Virus record (IMG/VR): IMGVR_UViG_3300007735_000926
Coordinates: 133,683-197,682 of that record
Direction: 5' to 3' (one strand)
DNA: 64,000 nt
From: a virus
Lineage: Duplodnaviria > Heunggongvirae > Uroviricota > Caudoviricetes
Part shown: positions 17,347 to 26,853 of the stretch, piece after piece
How the letters are laid out: every line of letters begins with the position of its first letter
How positions within the stretch are numbered: the stretch's first letter is position 1
The notes under the pieces: generated by a model
Database searches by the model: none
What the model was told of the DNA's origin: nothing
Seen by the model: the letters and a program-made list of their open reading frames with translations, nothing else
Made by a program: the position numbers and the translations under genes

Positions 17347-17934
17347 TTAAAAGTCTCGAATGATCAATTCACAATTTTTAACTTTCTGAATCGTTTCAAA
17401 ATCTTCGACTTCAATATTGTCAATGATCATGAGCATCATTTTAATAAATTCGCCATGCGATACAATGATAACCAGTTGATTGTCTTGTGTCTTCAACCAA
17501 TTCAAAAAGTTCCATGCCCGCTGATAACAATCAGCAAATGATTCGCCGTTTTCAGGACGACGATAGAAATCAAACAAATGATTTCGTTCTTCTCTAGTCT
17601 TGAAAGATTCATATTCTTCCCGAAGTTTACCCCATTCGCGTTCACGAATAAGAGGTGTTTCAATTTTTTTATATTTTTGTTTCGAGAATGTCAAATGCTT
17701 TTCAATCACATTTGAAGTTTCTTTCGTTCTCACATACGGACTATTGACAAATAATACATCATCATGACGATTGAAGTTAGTCAGGTAAAGATGATCAATT
17801 ATGCCACCTGCGACTTTGGCTGCTTGAACTACACCTGTATTGGTCAGAGGAACAGCCCAATCAGGCATTTTAAAATACACTGACTTGTCTATGTTTCCCT
17901 TGGATTGTCCATGTCGAACGATCAATAATTTCAT
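17347..17934 (-). CDS. histidine phosphatase superfamily (phosphoglycerate-mutase-like) protein
   Basis: N-terminal LLIVRHGQSKGN catalytic RHG motif; ends 1 nt before RNA ligase gene. Confidence 0.6.
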   Translation of the reverse strand: MKLLIVRHGQSKGNIDKSVYFKMPDWAVPLTNTGVVQAAKVAGGIIDHLYLTNFNRHDDVLFVNSPYVRTKETSNVIEKHLTFSKQKYKKIETPLIREREWGKLREEYESFKTREERNHLFDFYRRPENGESFADCYQRAWNFLNWLKTQDNQLVIIVSHGEFIKMMLMIIDNIEVEDFETIQKVKNCELIIRDF

Positions 17935-17935
17935 A

Positions 17936-19327
17936 TCAATTCTCCTCCTCCATGTTGGTTTCTCCTTTATCTCTATCGGCAGATTCCCCGATGAGAAACT
18001 TTGGGGATTTATATTTCAATGCAATTTTATTAATATCTGTCTCGTTACGAAGAACGACACCTTCATTGACAACACCAGTGGTGCAGAATTCACATGTCTT
18101 ATCCAGATACTTCGCCTTCAAAGATGTTAGGAATTCTTCTCTCCATACTGTTGGTTCAAGATCTGAAGTGTATGGAATATCAAACATATCTTTCGCCAGT
18201 CCCTTGTAATAGACTGGAACATGCTTCAGTCCTTTATCAAGACAGAATGTTTCAATTTCACTCCAAGAGCATTCACGAACACCATTGGGAGTGTTCTCAG
18301 TCATACGATAGACAAAGAAATCACATTCGCCTTGTTTGACACCATAATCGTAATTCTTTTGAACCATCTTGTTGGCAGAAGAATAACCGACAATCTCACC
18401 ATAAATAGTAAAATTCTTAGGGATCTTACCATCCAAACGAGATGCGACCACGCCCCAAACATCATCAGTGAATTTACCATCACGACGGTTCTTTAAGACC
18501 GACCGTGAAGAATACACCAACTTGTGTTCTGTTTCAACAATATTGAATCCAATTTTCTGTCCGATATATCGAAAGATATTGAATGGCTTTCTGCAAAGAA
18601 TATTGCCATACACAGCAGATGTTCCGTGCCACTTTGAAGATACCACGATAGAGTCATCAGGATTAATTTTAAAAATGTTTCTACCCAATTGCTCAGTAGA
18701 TCCGTGGAAATGCCAATGACCGTCTACGATCAAGCTACCAATACCCTTCTTGTTCTTATCGTAGAAATAATTGATGCCATTGTATAGAGGCTTGCGAATA
18801 GGAAGAGGGAACAGGCGAATAGTCTTTTCAACCCATTTAGGAATGCGCTTCTTGGATTCATTTTGAACACCAACCTTACCCGCTGTTGCCACATATTTCT
18901 TCACCAATAGATCATCCTTGACAGTATCAAAAGATTCTCCTGATTTGAAAAAGGATTCAGAAATATTATAATATTCAGAGAGCTTGGATACCTTGAATAG
19001 AAATCCTTGGCTCGGAATCTCACGTAGCTTCACAGCCTTAACTCTCCCATTTTTCGATGAGAAGAAACCCTTAGTCTTACCATCAGCATTCAATTCTGCT
19101 TTATCCAACAGATTTGCCCATGACAAGAACTTCTCCGAGATACAAGATTCCACTGGAAAGTATACCAATTTTTCACCTTTTTGATAACTGCCTTTGGCGA
19201 CGATTACATCACCACCAAAAACAGTAGCCAATTCAAGGCGATCAGCATTTGGATGTGGTTTCAATTCAGGACATTCGATTACCGTAGCTAGGTAATTCGG
19301 ATCACAATTTTTAGAAATACTAATCAT
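17936..19327 (-). CDS. RNA ligase, Rnl2 type, fused to N-terminal tRNA-binding OB-fold (Myf/Trbp111/CsaA-like) domain
   Basis: N-terminal KPHPNADRLELATVFGGDVIVAKG... (tRNA_bind-like); nucleotidyltransferase motif I SKWHGTS (T4 Rnl2 has KIHGTN), motif IV IYGEIVG, motif V EGVVLR, C-terminal KYKSPKF. Confidence 0.55.
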   Translation of the reverse strand: MISISKNCDPNYLATVIECPELKPHPNADRLELATVFGGDVIVAKGSYQKGEKLVYFPVESCISEKFLSWANLLDKAELNADGKTKGFFSSKNGRVKAVKLREIPSQGFLFKVSKLSEYYNISESFFKSGESFDTVKDDLLVKKYVATAGKVGVQNESKKRIPKWVEKTIRLFPLPIRKPLYNGINYFYDKNKKGIGSLIVDGHWHFHGSTEQLGRNIFKINPDDSIVVSSKWHGTSAVYGNILCRKPFNIFRYIGQKIGFNIVETEHKLVYSSRSVLKNRRDGKFTDDVWGVVASRLDGKIPKNFTIYGEIVGYSSANKMVQKNYDYGVKQGECDFFVYRMTENTPNGVRECSWSEIETFCLDKGLKHVPVYYKGLAKDMFDIPYTSDLEPTVWREEFLTSLKAKYLDKTCEFCTTGVVNEGVVLRNETDINKIALKYKSPKFLIGESADRDKGETNMEEEN

Positions 19328-19496
19328 AATTTAAATATCTTTCCAGATGGTTCCCTTTCGGTATTTTGTTAAAAGTTCTTTAGCTTTTGGATCAAGTTGT
19401 CTCTTCTTGCTTTTGAATGTAGTTATTCTTGTCGGCCTTCTCAAGTCTCTTGAACTTCTGAAAAGACTTGCAGTCATTAGATATCCATGTTGCATT

Positions 19497-20462
19497 TTAT
19501 TGTGCAGTTGTAGTTACTTCTTGATTGATTTTTTCACACTCTTGAACGATCTTCCAAACAGCATTCGCACCACGACCGAATTTCTGGAGCTTACCTTCTC
19601 CGACCATTTCACGGAGGATAATGCCAGCAATCTGTCCCGATACGCCCAACCTATCACAGATGCGATCCAATGTCAAATGAGGAGGTTCATCCATTGCAAG
19701 GATCTCTTCCTTGCGCTTTTCATTGGCAGGAACCTTGCCAGACTTCGACTTGGCATCTTCCGCAGGTGGGACATAAAGACCCTTGAAATCAAATCCATGA
19801 GAAGACATGAGCGCAATATGAGTCTTAGTATCACCAAAACGATTCTTATAAACATCAATCAAGCGCATGGAATTGTCTTCCTTATCGACAGTGATACGCA
19901 TGTTCACATCGACAGCATGGATAACATCAGTTCCACCCTTGGGAAGACCAGTGACAGTGATATGAAGAACGAACACCAAGACACAGCCAGTCTCCTTGGC
20001 AGTGGAAAGAAGTAGATCCTGCGCATACTGATAGAATTCCTTCTTCTTCATGTCCTTGTTGGAACGAAGAGCTTGGAAGCTATCAACAACCATGAAATCG
20101 TAATGATGCATGGCAGCAGCGATTTCCTCCACATCCTTGATATGAGCAACATCAACATCGGTCACACCCAAACGCTTACAAGTGTAAGCAATCTGAATAT
20201 GGGATTCTTCTCCCGAAGCGATTGCGGTGCGCTTGCCTTGAGTAGTGAGCATCTGCGAGACCTGACACAGGAGAGATGACTTGCCAGCACCCGGAGTGCC
20301 AGTAATTGTGATGGCACTACCGGGCATCAGCCCCTTGTAGAATTCGTTACCAAACATCAGGTCAATCTCATCGCAACCAGTTGACATTCGATTGTAGAAT
20401 GCATCTGGAATTTCAATGGATGAGCACTTGGCAAATTTGGTTTCTAGCGTGTTGAGTTGCAT
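19497..20462 (-). CDS. RecA-superfamily ATPase (KaiC/RadA/DnaB-C-terminal-like) with C-terminal winged-helix
   Basis: Walker A GTPGAGKSSLLCQ, Walker B FMVVDSFQ, C-terminal LTLDRICDRLGVSGQIAGIILREMV. Confidence 0.5.
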   Translation of the reverse strand: MQLNTLETKFAKCSSIEIPDAFYNRMSTGCDEIDLMFGNEFYKGLMPGSAITITGTPGAGKSSLLCQVSQMLTTQGKRTAIASGEESHIQIAYTCKRLGVTDVDVAHIKDVEEIAAAMHHYDFMVVDSFQALRSNKDMKKKEFYQYAQDLLLSTAKETGCVLVFVLHITVTGLPKGGTDVIHAVDVNMRITVDKEDNSMRLIDVYKNRFGDTKTHIALMSSHGFDFKGLYVPPAEDAKSKSGKVPANEKRKEEILAMDEPPHLTLDRICDRLGVSGQIAGIILREMVGEGKLQKFGRGANAVWKIVQECEKINQEVTTTAQ

Positions 20463-20476
20463 GAGACGAGTGTATT

Positions 20477-20722
20477 CTAGTTTTTACTGGGTGAATCGAC
20501 AATCGATTTGAGCAATTTCTCGTAGGGTTTCCATTCTTCAAAAGATAAATCGTTTTCAATTGATTCAATCAAACGAACGATCAGCTTTTCAGTGAATGAA
20601 ACTTCAGCAATTTCCATGTCGATTTCACAAATGAAATCTTGGATTTCCTGCCTAGTCATTTCACGAATGACTAGGCGGGGATTAACGTCAATTGTAATTG
20701 GTAGTCTCATCGAGCTTATCAT
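20477..20722 (-). CDS. hypothetical protein
   Basis: 81 aa. Confidence 0.35.
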   Translation of the reverse strand: MISSMRLPITIDVNPRLVIREMTRQEIQDFICEIDMEIAEVSFTEKLIVRLIESIENDLSFEEWKPYEKLLKSIVDSPSKN

Positions 20723-20879
20723 TTTTCAATTGAATTTCCATACCGGAAATAATTGAATCTGCCAAATCGACTGCCCACTTCTTGGTGAGGCACAATTTTC
20801 GATGCGTCATTCGTGACTTGTCATTGAAAATGATGACAGGATAAAAACCATTCTTCACTTTTCGGTAGCTTGCTTTCAT
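20688..20879 (-). CDS. hypothetical protein
   Basis: 63 aa basic; motif at 20885-20905. Confidence 0.35.
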   Translation of the reverse strand: MKASYRKVKNGFYPVIIFNDKSRMTHRKLCLTKKWAVDLADSIISGMEIQLKNDKLDETTNYN

Positions 20880-20893
20880 GGCTGGATTGTATC

Positions 20894-22687
20894 TTAGTTT
20901 TTAAAAAGGTTGAGGATGGTGTCCTTTTGGAGATTGGAAGGTGTCAGATCAACATCACAATCCTCTGGAGAATCGACAATGATGGCACCGCAAAATTCCA
21001 GAAGATCATCCACTCGGAAACAATTCTTCCAGCGTTGAATCAATGCTTTGCGCATGATATCGTTGTTGCCACCAGATTTCGACACCTGAGAAGAACCAGA
21101 CGAAAAGTTAAGAACAATCGCTGCGTTATCTTTTCCGTGTTTGGTAATCATACCAACAACTGTTTGCTTTTGAATAGTCTCAGTTTGAGTTGTGAACCAG
21201 ACTTTATTCGGGTTCATCATGTATGATTTATCAATATTTGATCCCTTTCCAATGATGATATTGAAAACAGATCCTTTGGAATTACCATTGAAAACGTTAT
21301 TCAAAATCAAATAGTCATCGTCGGCTTTCGCCACTCTGATATACTCAGTGGCACCATTTCGAGCATCGGTCATATCACCAGAAAACATGACATTTCCCTC
21401 GTAGGCTGAATATCTTGAATTCCATCCAACCTTACTATCGGCAATAGAGGACAAATCCAAGTCACGCGCACCACCAGAATTTTCCCAATAGACTCCCATA
21501 GCAATAGGATCGGAAGTGAGGAACATACTACCCATTGGAATGTTACCAACAAACATCTTTTCAGATGTTGGGAGAGCGTAATGAACACCCTCGGGAATAT
21601 AAATTTTCTTACCTTTCAGATTTGCTCCGAATTTTTGAGAAATGATATCTTGGAGAATTACGATTTTCCGATGGAACCATTTAGTGTTCAGTTCCTTCTT
21701 CTTGACCCAAGACTTACCATTTCGAATGTTATAAACCTTGCAATCAGAATTGATCGATTGTGTCAAAAATTGAAGACACTTCGCCAATTGGAAGAAGTTC
21801 GCATTTTTAACCAGATTGTCCTTTTGATCGAGCAATTCAGTCACCTCACAATAACCAATGTTATTGAGGATATTGCGTTCCATAGGAACATGGAGTTTCT
21901 TACTGAGACGGGAAATCTTATTGATAGTCTTGGAACAATCACGACCAACAGATTTCTTGAAAGCTAGGAAAATTGGTTTGAAACGATTGAACACTTCTGC
22001 CAAACATTCGACACTGCAATTTGTCAATGCCTTTTCGACATATTTCCGCTGCTGTGAAGTCATCGCTTTAATTTTCTTATAAGTATCAGCATTCTTGATG
22101 ATAAGAGTCTCACCAGTTGCGAGATAAATAAGATATCTGACAAACTCAGATGGATCAGACGGAACGATTCCCATCCGATTACAGATGATCATCAATGCTT
22201 CTTTGTTCTTGATGTTCTCCTTACCAGTGAATTCATAATCCAAATCTGAAAGAACTTCGATGATATCATCGAGGGTATCCTTCTTCAAGGCTACACCAGA
22301 CTTAAGCAGATCAAGTGCCTTTTCGATAATCTCTTCCTTTTTCAGACCACGAATAACCAAAAATCTAGTTTCCACCTGTGGGATATCCAAATCTTCATTC
22401 GGTGTATACACAAAAGAGGATTGGAAATTCGTGCCATAAGTGGTGAGATAATGCAAAATCTGATGCATCCACAGTTCCTCTCTGGAGGAATTCTTGATCA
22501 CACTCCAAGATTTATGAAAAGTCTCGTTCAATTGCTTGCTGTCGAGCCTCTTGGATTTGAGAAACTTTTTGATATCATTCAAAGCATAAGAAGCTGATGG
22601 TTCAATGACAGTGCCATATTCTGGCAGAATCTTATATTCACCTTTTGATTCAGCGACAACGCAGTTAAACAGTTCAAGTGTTTTCAT
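20894..22687 (-). CDS. large hypothetical protein (~598 aa)
   Basis: Track ORF 20894-22786; likely ATG at 22685-22687 (MKTLELFNCVV); no recognisable domain; upstream is a repeat array rather than the standard motif. Confidence 0.45.
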   Translation of the reverse strand: MKTLELFNCVVAESKGEYKILPEYGTVIEPSASYALNDIKKFLKSKRLDSKQLNETFHKSWSVIKNSSREELWMHQILHYLTTYGTNFQSSFVYTPNEDLDIPQVETRFLVIRGLKKEEIIEKALDLLKSGVALKKDTLDDIIEVLSDLDYEFTGKENIKNKEALMIICNRMGIVPSDPSEFVRYLIYLATGETLIIKNADTYKKIKAMTSQQRKYVEKALTNCSVECLAEVFNRFKPIFLAFKKSVGRDCSKTINKISRLSKKLHVPMERNILNNIGYCEVTELLDQKDNLVKNANFFQLAKCLQFLTQSINSDCKVYNIRNGKSWVKKKELNTKWFHRKIVILQDIISQKFGANLKGKKIYIPEGVHYALPTSEKMFVGNIPMGSMFLTSDPIAMGVYWENSGGARDLDLSSIADSKVGWNSRYSAYEGNVMFSGDMTDARNGATEYIRVAKADDDYLILNNVFNGNSKGSVFNIIIGKGSNIDKSYMMNPNKVWFTTQTETIQKQTVVGMITKHGKDNAAIVLNFSSGSSQVSKSGGNNDIMRKALIQRWKNCFRVDDLLEFCGAIIVDSPEDCDVDLTPSNLQKDTILNLFKN

Positions 22688-22742
22688 AATGGGTAATGTG
22701 TATTTTTTAAAAAGTGATGGACGGGAAGTAAAATTTCCAATA

Positions 22743-22902
22743 ATAATTAGGAACTTCCTTTGTCCAAAAGTTGGAAAGTTGTTCAAACGGAAAGTATTTT
22801 CTTAGTATATTAAAACTTGTTAGGAACTTTCTTTGTTTGAGATTTATCTAGCGGAGAGTATTTTCTTATCATATAAAATATTAGGAACTCTCTTTGCTTG
22901 GA
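22743..22902. repeat. three imperfect direct repeats (~65-73 bp period), core TTAGGAACTYYCTTTG plus GAGTATTTTCTTAKYATAT; iteron-like regulatory array
   Basis: TTAGGAACTTCCTTTG (22746), TTAGGAACTTTCTTTG (22818), TTAGGAACTCTCTTTG (22881); GTATTTTCTTAGTATATTAAAA and GTATTTTCTTATCATATAAAAT. Confidence 0.5.
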
Positions 22903-23324
22903 ATCAATTTAACACTGTTTTTGTGTTTGTCAATAGTCTTCTTTTTTCCGTATGGTTCAATCTTGAACTCTTCGGGATTCTGAGAAACTTGTGAAATCAA
23001 TTCGACCAGATTCAGAACCTGATCAATAGTATCTCGATTGAGATTGGAATTGATTAAGATGTTTTCGATTTCATCGATTTTATTCATCGGTGCTTTTTGT
23101 TGTATGTCTATTTCAATTTTATCCTCGTGAAATTGAATGATTCCTTCTTCTATCAATTGTTCAGTCACTCGGTTGCAGGTTTCATCTTCGCTCCAGTATT
23201 CTCTAGTTTTTTCTGAGAAGTGGGGGGAAGCGAAGAGAATTGTCATCGTAGCGATCTCCGATAGAGAATATCTACCGTCGAGAAGTTCCAAAGGAATTGT
23301 GATATTATTTTGCATATTTTTCAC
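22881..23324 (-). CDS. hypothetical protein
   Basis: 147 aa; no standard motif. Confidence 0.4.
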   Translation of the reverse strand: MKNMQNNITIPLELLDGRYSLSEIATMTILFASPHFSEKTREYWSEDETCNRVTEQLIEEGIIQFHEDKIEIDIQQKAPMNKIDEIENILINSNLNRDTIDQVLNLVELISQVSQNPEEFKIEPYGKKKTIDKHKNSVKLIPSKESS

Positions 23325-23547
23325 TGATTATTTTAACACTGTCCCACCAATCTGTCAAGTCTTGATTATCGCTAATCAAATGCATAGAGTATTGACCTAT
23401 ATCCAATGTAGCCACAGAGCATAATACCAAATCTTCTCTACCACAATGCATAATGGCTTCTTCCATCAGTTCATGGAAAGCTGGATCATAATCGAGAACA
23501 CTTGTTCCACCTTCTTCCAATGGAAGCATTTTTAATTTATAGTCCAT
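23305..23547 (-). CDS. hypothetical protein
   Basis: 80 aa. Confidence 0.35.
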   Translation of the reverse strand: MDYKLKMLPLEEGGTSVLDYDPAFHELMEEAIMHCGREDLVLCSVATLDIGQYSMHLISDNQDLTDWWDSVKIISEKYAK

Positions 23548-23848
23548 TTAGAAAAATATTAAGCGTTTCAATTTGAAACAAGTTATTGAAAATGCTAAAT
23601 CTATTACAAGCTTGATAAAATGGTCCGCTTTGAAAGCCTGAATTACCATCATATACAAATGCTACAGCATTTCCAATACGCTGATAGAACTCGGGTAATT
23701 TTTCAGATACTCCAATATTCAATAAAACATTACTCAATCTTTGGATCTCGTCGTCTGAAGAAGGTGTCTGCCCAATAAACACAAAACCAAGATTATCACT
23801 ATGGTAATATTTCAGTTCATGGATTGGCAGTGTTTTTTCGGGGACCAT
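23537..23848 (-). CDS. hypothetical protein (start probably internal Met MVPEKTL at 23846-23848)
   Basis: Track start at 23911 falls inside a perfect palindrome and mirrors a plus-strand shadow ORF. Confidence 0.35.
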   Translation of the reverse strand: MVPEKTLPIHELKYYHSDNLGFVFIGQTPSSDDEIQRLSNVLLNIGVSEKLPEFYQRIGNAVAFVYDGNSGFQSGPFYQACNRFSIFNNLFQIETLNIFLNGL

Positions 23849-23869
23849 TTTATTATTTATTGAAATTTT

Positions 23870-23916
23870 GAGAATTGACGCTGGATAAAATGACAACGTT
23901 TCCAGCGTCAATTCTC
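23870..23916. promoter_or_regulatory. perfect 16-bp inverted repeat with 15-nt spacer (operator or terminator-like hairpin)
   Basis: GAGAATTGACGCTGGA ... TCCAGCGTCAATTCTC; no U-tract on either strand. Confidence 0.45.
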
Positions 23917-23925
23917 CCTATGAAA

Positions 23926-24186
23926 TTACTGCTTGAAGTATTTCGAAGCACGAATCTTCATATGTTCAAGTGCTTCCGATACCGCCTTATTTCGGTCGTC
24001 AACATCGGGAAGCTGAAATTCCTTCGCATTTGCTCTCGCCACTGCGATCTTGATTCCAAGATCACGATCCCACTTGTCCACTGGGTTGTGGAGAGAGAAT
24101 CCGAATTTGATTTGGTTGTCTTCCTTGAAGGAAACAACAATTCCACGCGGCCTACGATCTTCGTTTCTGATATAATTGATTAACAT
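23926..24186 (-). CDS. hypothetical protein; paralog of 42825-43172 (PRGIVV...LGIKIAVARA family)
   Basis: RRPRGIVVSFKEDNQIKFGFSLHNPVDKWDRDLGIKIAVARANAKEF vs NNPRGIVVAVREENGVYYGYSLCNPIDRFDKKLGIKIAVARALSKDY. Confidence 0.45.
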   Translation of the reverse strand: MLINYIRNEDRRPRGIVVSFKEDNQIKFGFSLHNPVDKWDRDLGIKIAVARANAKEFQLPDVDDRNKAVSEALEHMKIRASKYFKQ

Positions 24187-24203
24187 GATGTTTGTATTGT
24201 ATT

Positions 24204-24533
24204 CTAGTTTTTAAAATTCAGGGTCAATTGGTCTGGATGCACGATCTCCATTCGTTTCGGAAAGTAATCGGTCGCATCATAAACTGCATAACCAATAGCT
24301 TCCTTCTCTGACACTTTTGAGAAATTATCAATATCGCAATCGTGCTTATAATCGATATCATCCCAATCGTAATCTTCGATTGTTTCTTCGATTGTTTCAG
24401 GAAGAAAACGATTACAATCACGAATTGTCAATCGCTCTCCCTTGGGAACTTTGATGTAAGCATCGGTGTATGATCTTTTGATCAATTCCAATTTGTAATA
24501 GTCGTATTCTTCTTCCATATTTTTTATTACCAA
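24204..24533 (-). CDS. hypothetical protein
   Basis: 109 aa acidic. Confidence 0.4.
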   Translation of the reverse strand: MVIKNMEEEYDYYKLELIKRSYTDAYIKVPKGERLTIRDCNRFLPETIEETIEDYDWDDIDYKHDCDIDNFSKVSEKEAIGYAVYDATDYFPKRMEIVHPDQLTLNFKN

Positions 24534-24892
24534 GATGATTGATAAATCAATTGATTATTTTCAAAATCAAATGTTTGCAGAACGCCTTCCAAAACAGTGA
24601 TACTATCTGAGACATCAGACCAGTAGTATTCATCATATTCAGTAGATCCAAAGAAAAATCCGCTCTTTGTCGGTAGCAAAGTATGATCTTTCTCATTCTG
24701 AACATTCTTCAGTAGATCAACCAAAACAACAAGCTGATTACGCGATACTGGATATTTCTCACAATCGTCCACACCATGCTGCACATTCTCGACAAGCCAA
24801 GAATGCAAGGCATTGAATTTACGCCAATAGGCAATTTCATTTTCAGTTCCACTCTCTTTATTTCGAGATTCAAGATACATGTCTAGTCCCAT
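24527..24892 (-). CDS. hypothetical protein
   Basis: 121 aa. Confidence 0.4.
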   Translation of the reverse strand: MGLDMYLESRNKESGTENEIAYWRKFNALHSWLVENVQHGVDDCEKYPVSRNQLVVLVDLLKNVQNEKDHTLLPTKSGFFFGSTEYDEYYWSDVSDSITVLEGVLQTFDFENNQLIYQSSW

Positions 24893-24919
24893 ATTTTTAT
24901 TTTTGTTGGTTTATTTTTG

Positions 24920-25360
24920 TTATCGAATTTCAATCATTTTAGGCCAATACAACATATGCGATGAATTAGATTTGCCAGACTGCCCTAAAGTTATGTGAAG
25001 TCCTTTGTATCCATCATTATCAATGATATTAAGATCTTTTTTCATATTGTCAAGTTCTTCTGAATAGACTCTCAGATAAAACATTATGAATCCTTTGGTG
25101 TGACCACCACGAATCAAATGATGATCATATTGAAATTCAACTTTCTTACCATCGTATTGATTCGCCTTTTCCCAATTGATTTTTTTATGAATTTTTTCGT
25201 TACCTATCGTAATGTGCGCCCTGTATTTGGGACTCTGCAAATTGATCCAGTATTCCTTTGAAACGAACCACGAATAATACCTAATGATGTCATCAGACAA
25301 TTCAACGACAATGCGCGATTGCTTCTGATCAACTTTGATTTGTCCGATAGATCCTAGCAC
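24920..25360 (-). CDS. hypothetical protein
   Basis: 146 aa; motif at 25365-25385. Confidence 0.4.
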   Translation of the reverse strand: MLGSIGQIKVDQKQSRIVVELSDDIIRYYSWFVSKEYWINLQSPKYRAHITIGNEKIHKKINWEKANQYDGKKVEFQYDHHLIRGGHTKGFIMFYLRVYSEELDNMKKDLNIIDNDGYKGLHITLGQSGKSNSSHMLYWPKMIEIR

Positions 25361-25384
25361 ACATGAATTGTAACGTAGTTTTTA

Positions 25385-25654
25385 TCACCAAACACAACAC
25401 ACTTCAAAATCGTGGTTGCATTCAGGACAATTGACTTCCAAATTATTACTGTATTCAGTATCATGCTCTGGGATATCCAATTTTCTACCATCCCAAAAGT
25501 CTGCTGCTTCCAAAAGGTTGACGAACTGATTACATTCGGGACAATAACAATTAAGCTCCACTTCCCATTGTGCTTGTATAGATGATTTCTGCATAATTAT
25601 TATTTTAAGGCGAAAAATACCCCGTATTTCAGAGGTATTTTTCGGTATTTTCAA
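25385..25654 (-). CDS. zinc-ribbon protein candidate
   Basis: Two CxxC pairs: CYCPECNQ ... NCPECNHDFEVCC. Confidence 0.4.
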   Translation of the reverse strand: MKIPKNTSEIRGIFRLKIIIMQKSSIQAQWEVELNCYCPECNQFVNLLEAADFWDGRKLDIPEHDTEYSNNLEVNCPECNHDFEVCCVW

Positions 25655-25942
25655 TCAGAATGAACGAATACCATTCATTCTGATTTCTGTCGCAAGATCA
25701 CGAACATCGACATTCTTCCATTGGGCCACATGCTGATTGACATTGACTGCAACTCTCGCACCACCACCCAGCATATGGAACGAACCATCCCGCAATTGCA
25801 CCATCTGAACATTAAAAATCTTCGGATGCTTGCGTTGATCTCGACTTCTGAGCCACTGCTTATTCTTCCTGTTTGTGTTGTTTTTTGTGTTTTCCATAAT
25901 CATTTTTATGTTACTATTGTTTTTTAAAATGTCAATACTCAA
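25655..25942 (-). CDS. hypothetical protein
   Basis: 95 aa basic. Confidence 0.35.
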   Translation of the reverse strand: MSIDILKNNSNIKMIMENTKNNTNRKNKQWLRSRDQRKHPKIFNVQMVQLRDGSFHMLGGGARVAVNVNQHVAQWKNVDVRDLATEIRMNGIRSF

Positions 25943-26589
25943 TGATGATCGTTGATTTCGATTTCTTTGGTTGACATGACTTCTTCAATTTCTGAAAAGG
26001 ACCAAATATCCTTTTTATATTCCCATGAGCAATCCAGACATTTACCCATATGGTATTCAGGATTTCTCGTGTGATCTGTATTGTGGGAATGACCATGTAA
26101 GTGCCAAGAACCTTTGGAATTCCAATTCCAAGTTCTTAGTGGAAAATGCTGTAACACAATTCCTTTCTTACCGATTTGTATTTCCTGATAATTTCCAAGA
26201 AACATCAAATTATCTGTCTGGAGAGGATACACTTCGACATTCTCCAATCCATATTTTTGATATACTTGGTTCTTATAAATTCGATAAACTTGACTTTCGT
26301 GATTCCCAAAGAGAAGACGAATGTTTTGACATTTGATTCTTTTGAACCATTCCAATACCTGTTCATCGGTAGTGTTCAGGAATCCATCTCCAAGATAATA
26401 TAAAATACCATCACGACCCACTCTTGCATTGATCTTGGAGACAACATCATCCAAAGACTCTTGAGGCGAATTATAGCCTCTCATCTTCCAAATAGGAATT
26501 GGCCATTTCGGATCATGGTAATTATGCCAATCACTCGAAACAAAGATGTTGTCGCGTTCTTCCCATTTATGTTTGATGATCTTATTCAT
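25939..26589 (-). CDS. calcineurin-like metallophosphoesterase
   Basis: Motifs ...SDWH, LGDGF, GNHE, HGHSH. Confidence 0.55.
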   Translation of the reverse strand: MNKIIKHKWEERDNIFVSSDWHNYHDPKWPIPIWKMRGYNSPQESLDDVVSKINARVGRDGILYYLGDGFLNTTDEQVLEWFKRIKCQNIRLLFGNHESQVYRIYKNQVYQKYGLENVEVYPLQTDNLMFLGNYQEIQIGKKGIVLQHFPLRTWNWNSKGSWHLHGHSHNTDHTRNPEYHMGKCLDCSWEYKKDIWSFSEIEEVMSTKEIEINDHH

Positions 26590-26852
26590 GTAGCTTTTTT
26601 AATTCTCGCAATGATATCGTCCATTCCTTCAATAATTTCAACCGTGTCACCATCTTCCACTACCAAACGTGGAACATTTCGGATACCATGCTTTTTGAAC
26701 CATTCGATATTCTGGATATCGTCGTAACTTTTATTTTCAACGGTCAATCCCATTTTATCCAATCTTGATTTCAGCATACTACATGGGCCACAACTGTTAC
26801 TTGTAGCCAATGTAATGCTCACAGCCTTATTTTGAGTATTTTCTTCTGACAT
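26586..26852 (-). CDS. thioredoxin/glutaredoxin-like protein
   Basis: Active-site CGPC motif in 88 aa protein. Confidence 0.6.
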   Translation of the reverse strand: MSEENTQNKAVSITLATSNSCGPCSMLKSRLDKMGLTVENKSYDDIQNIEWFKKHGIRNVPRLVVEDGDTVEIIEGMDDIIARIKKAT

Positions 26853-26853
26853 A

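Noticed and set aside
23875-24183. Plus-strand ORF beginning MTLDKMTTFPASIL
   Set aside because: Start generated by the perfect palindrome at 23870-23916; overlaps a minus-strand paralog-supported gene.
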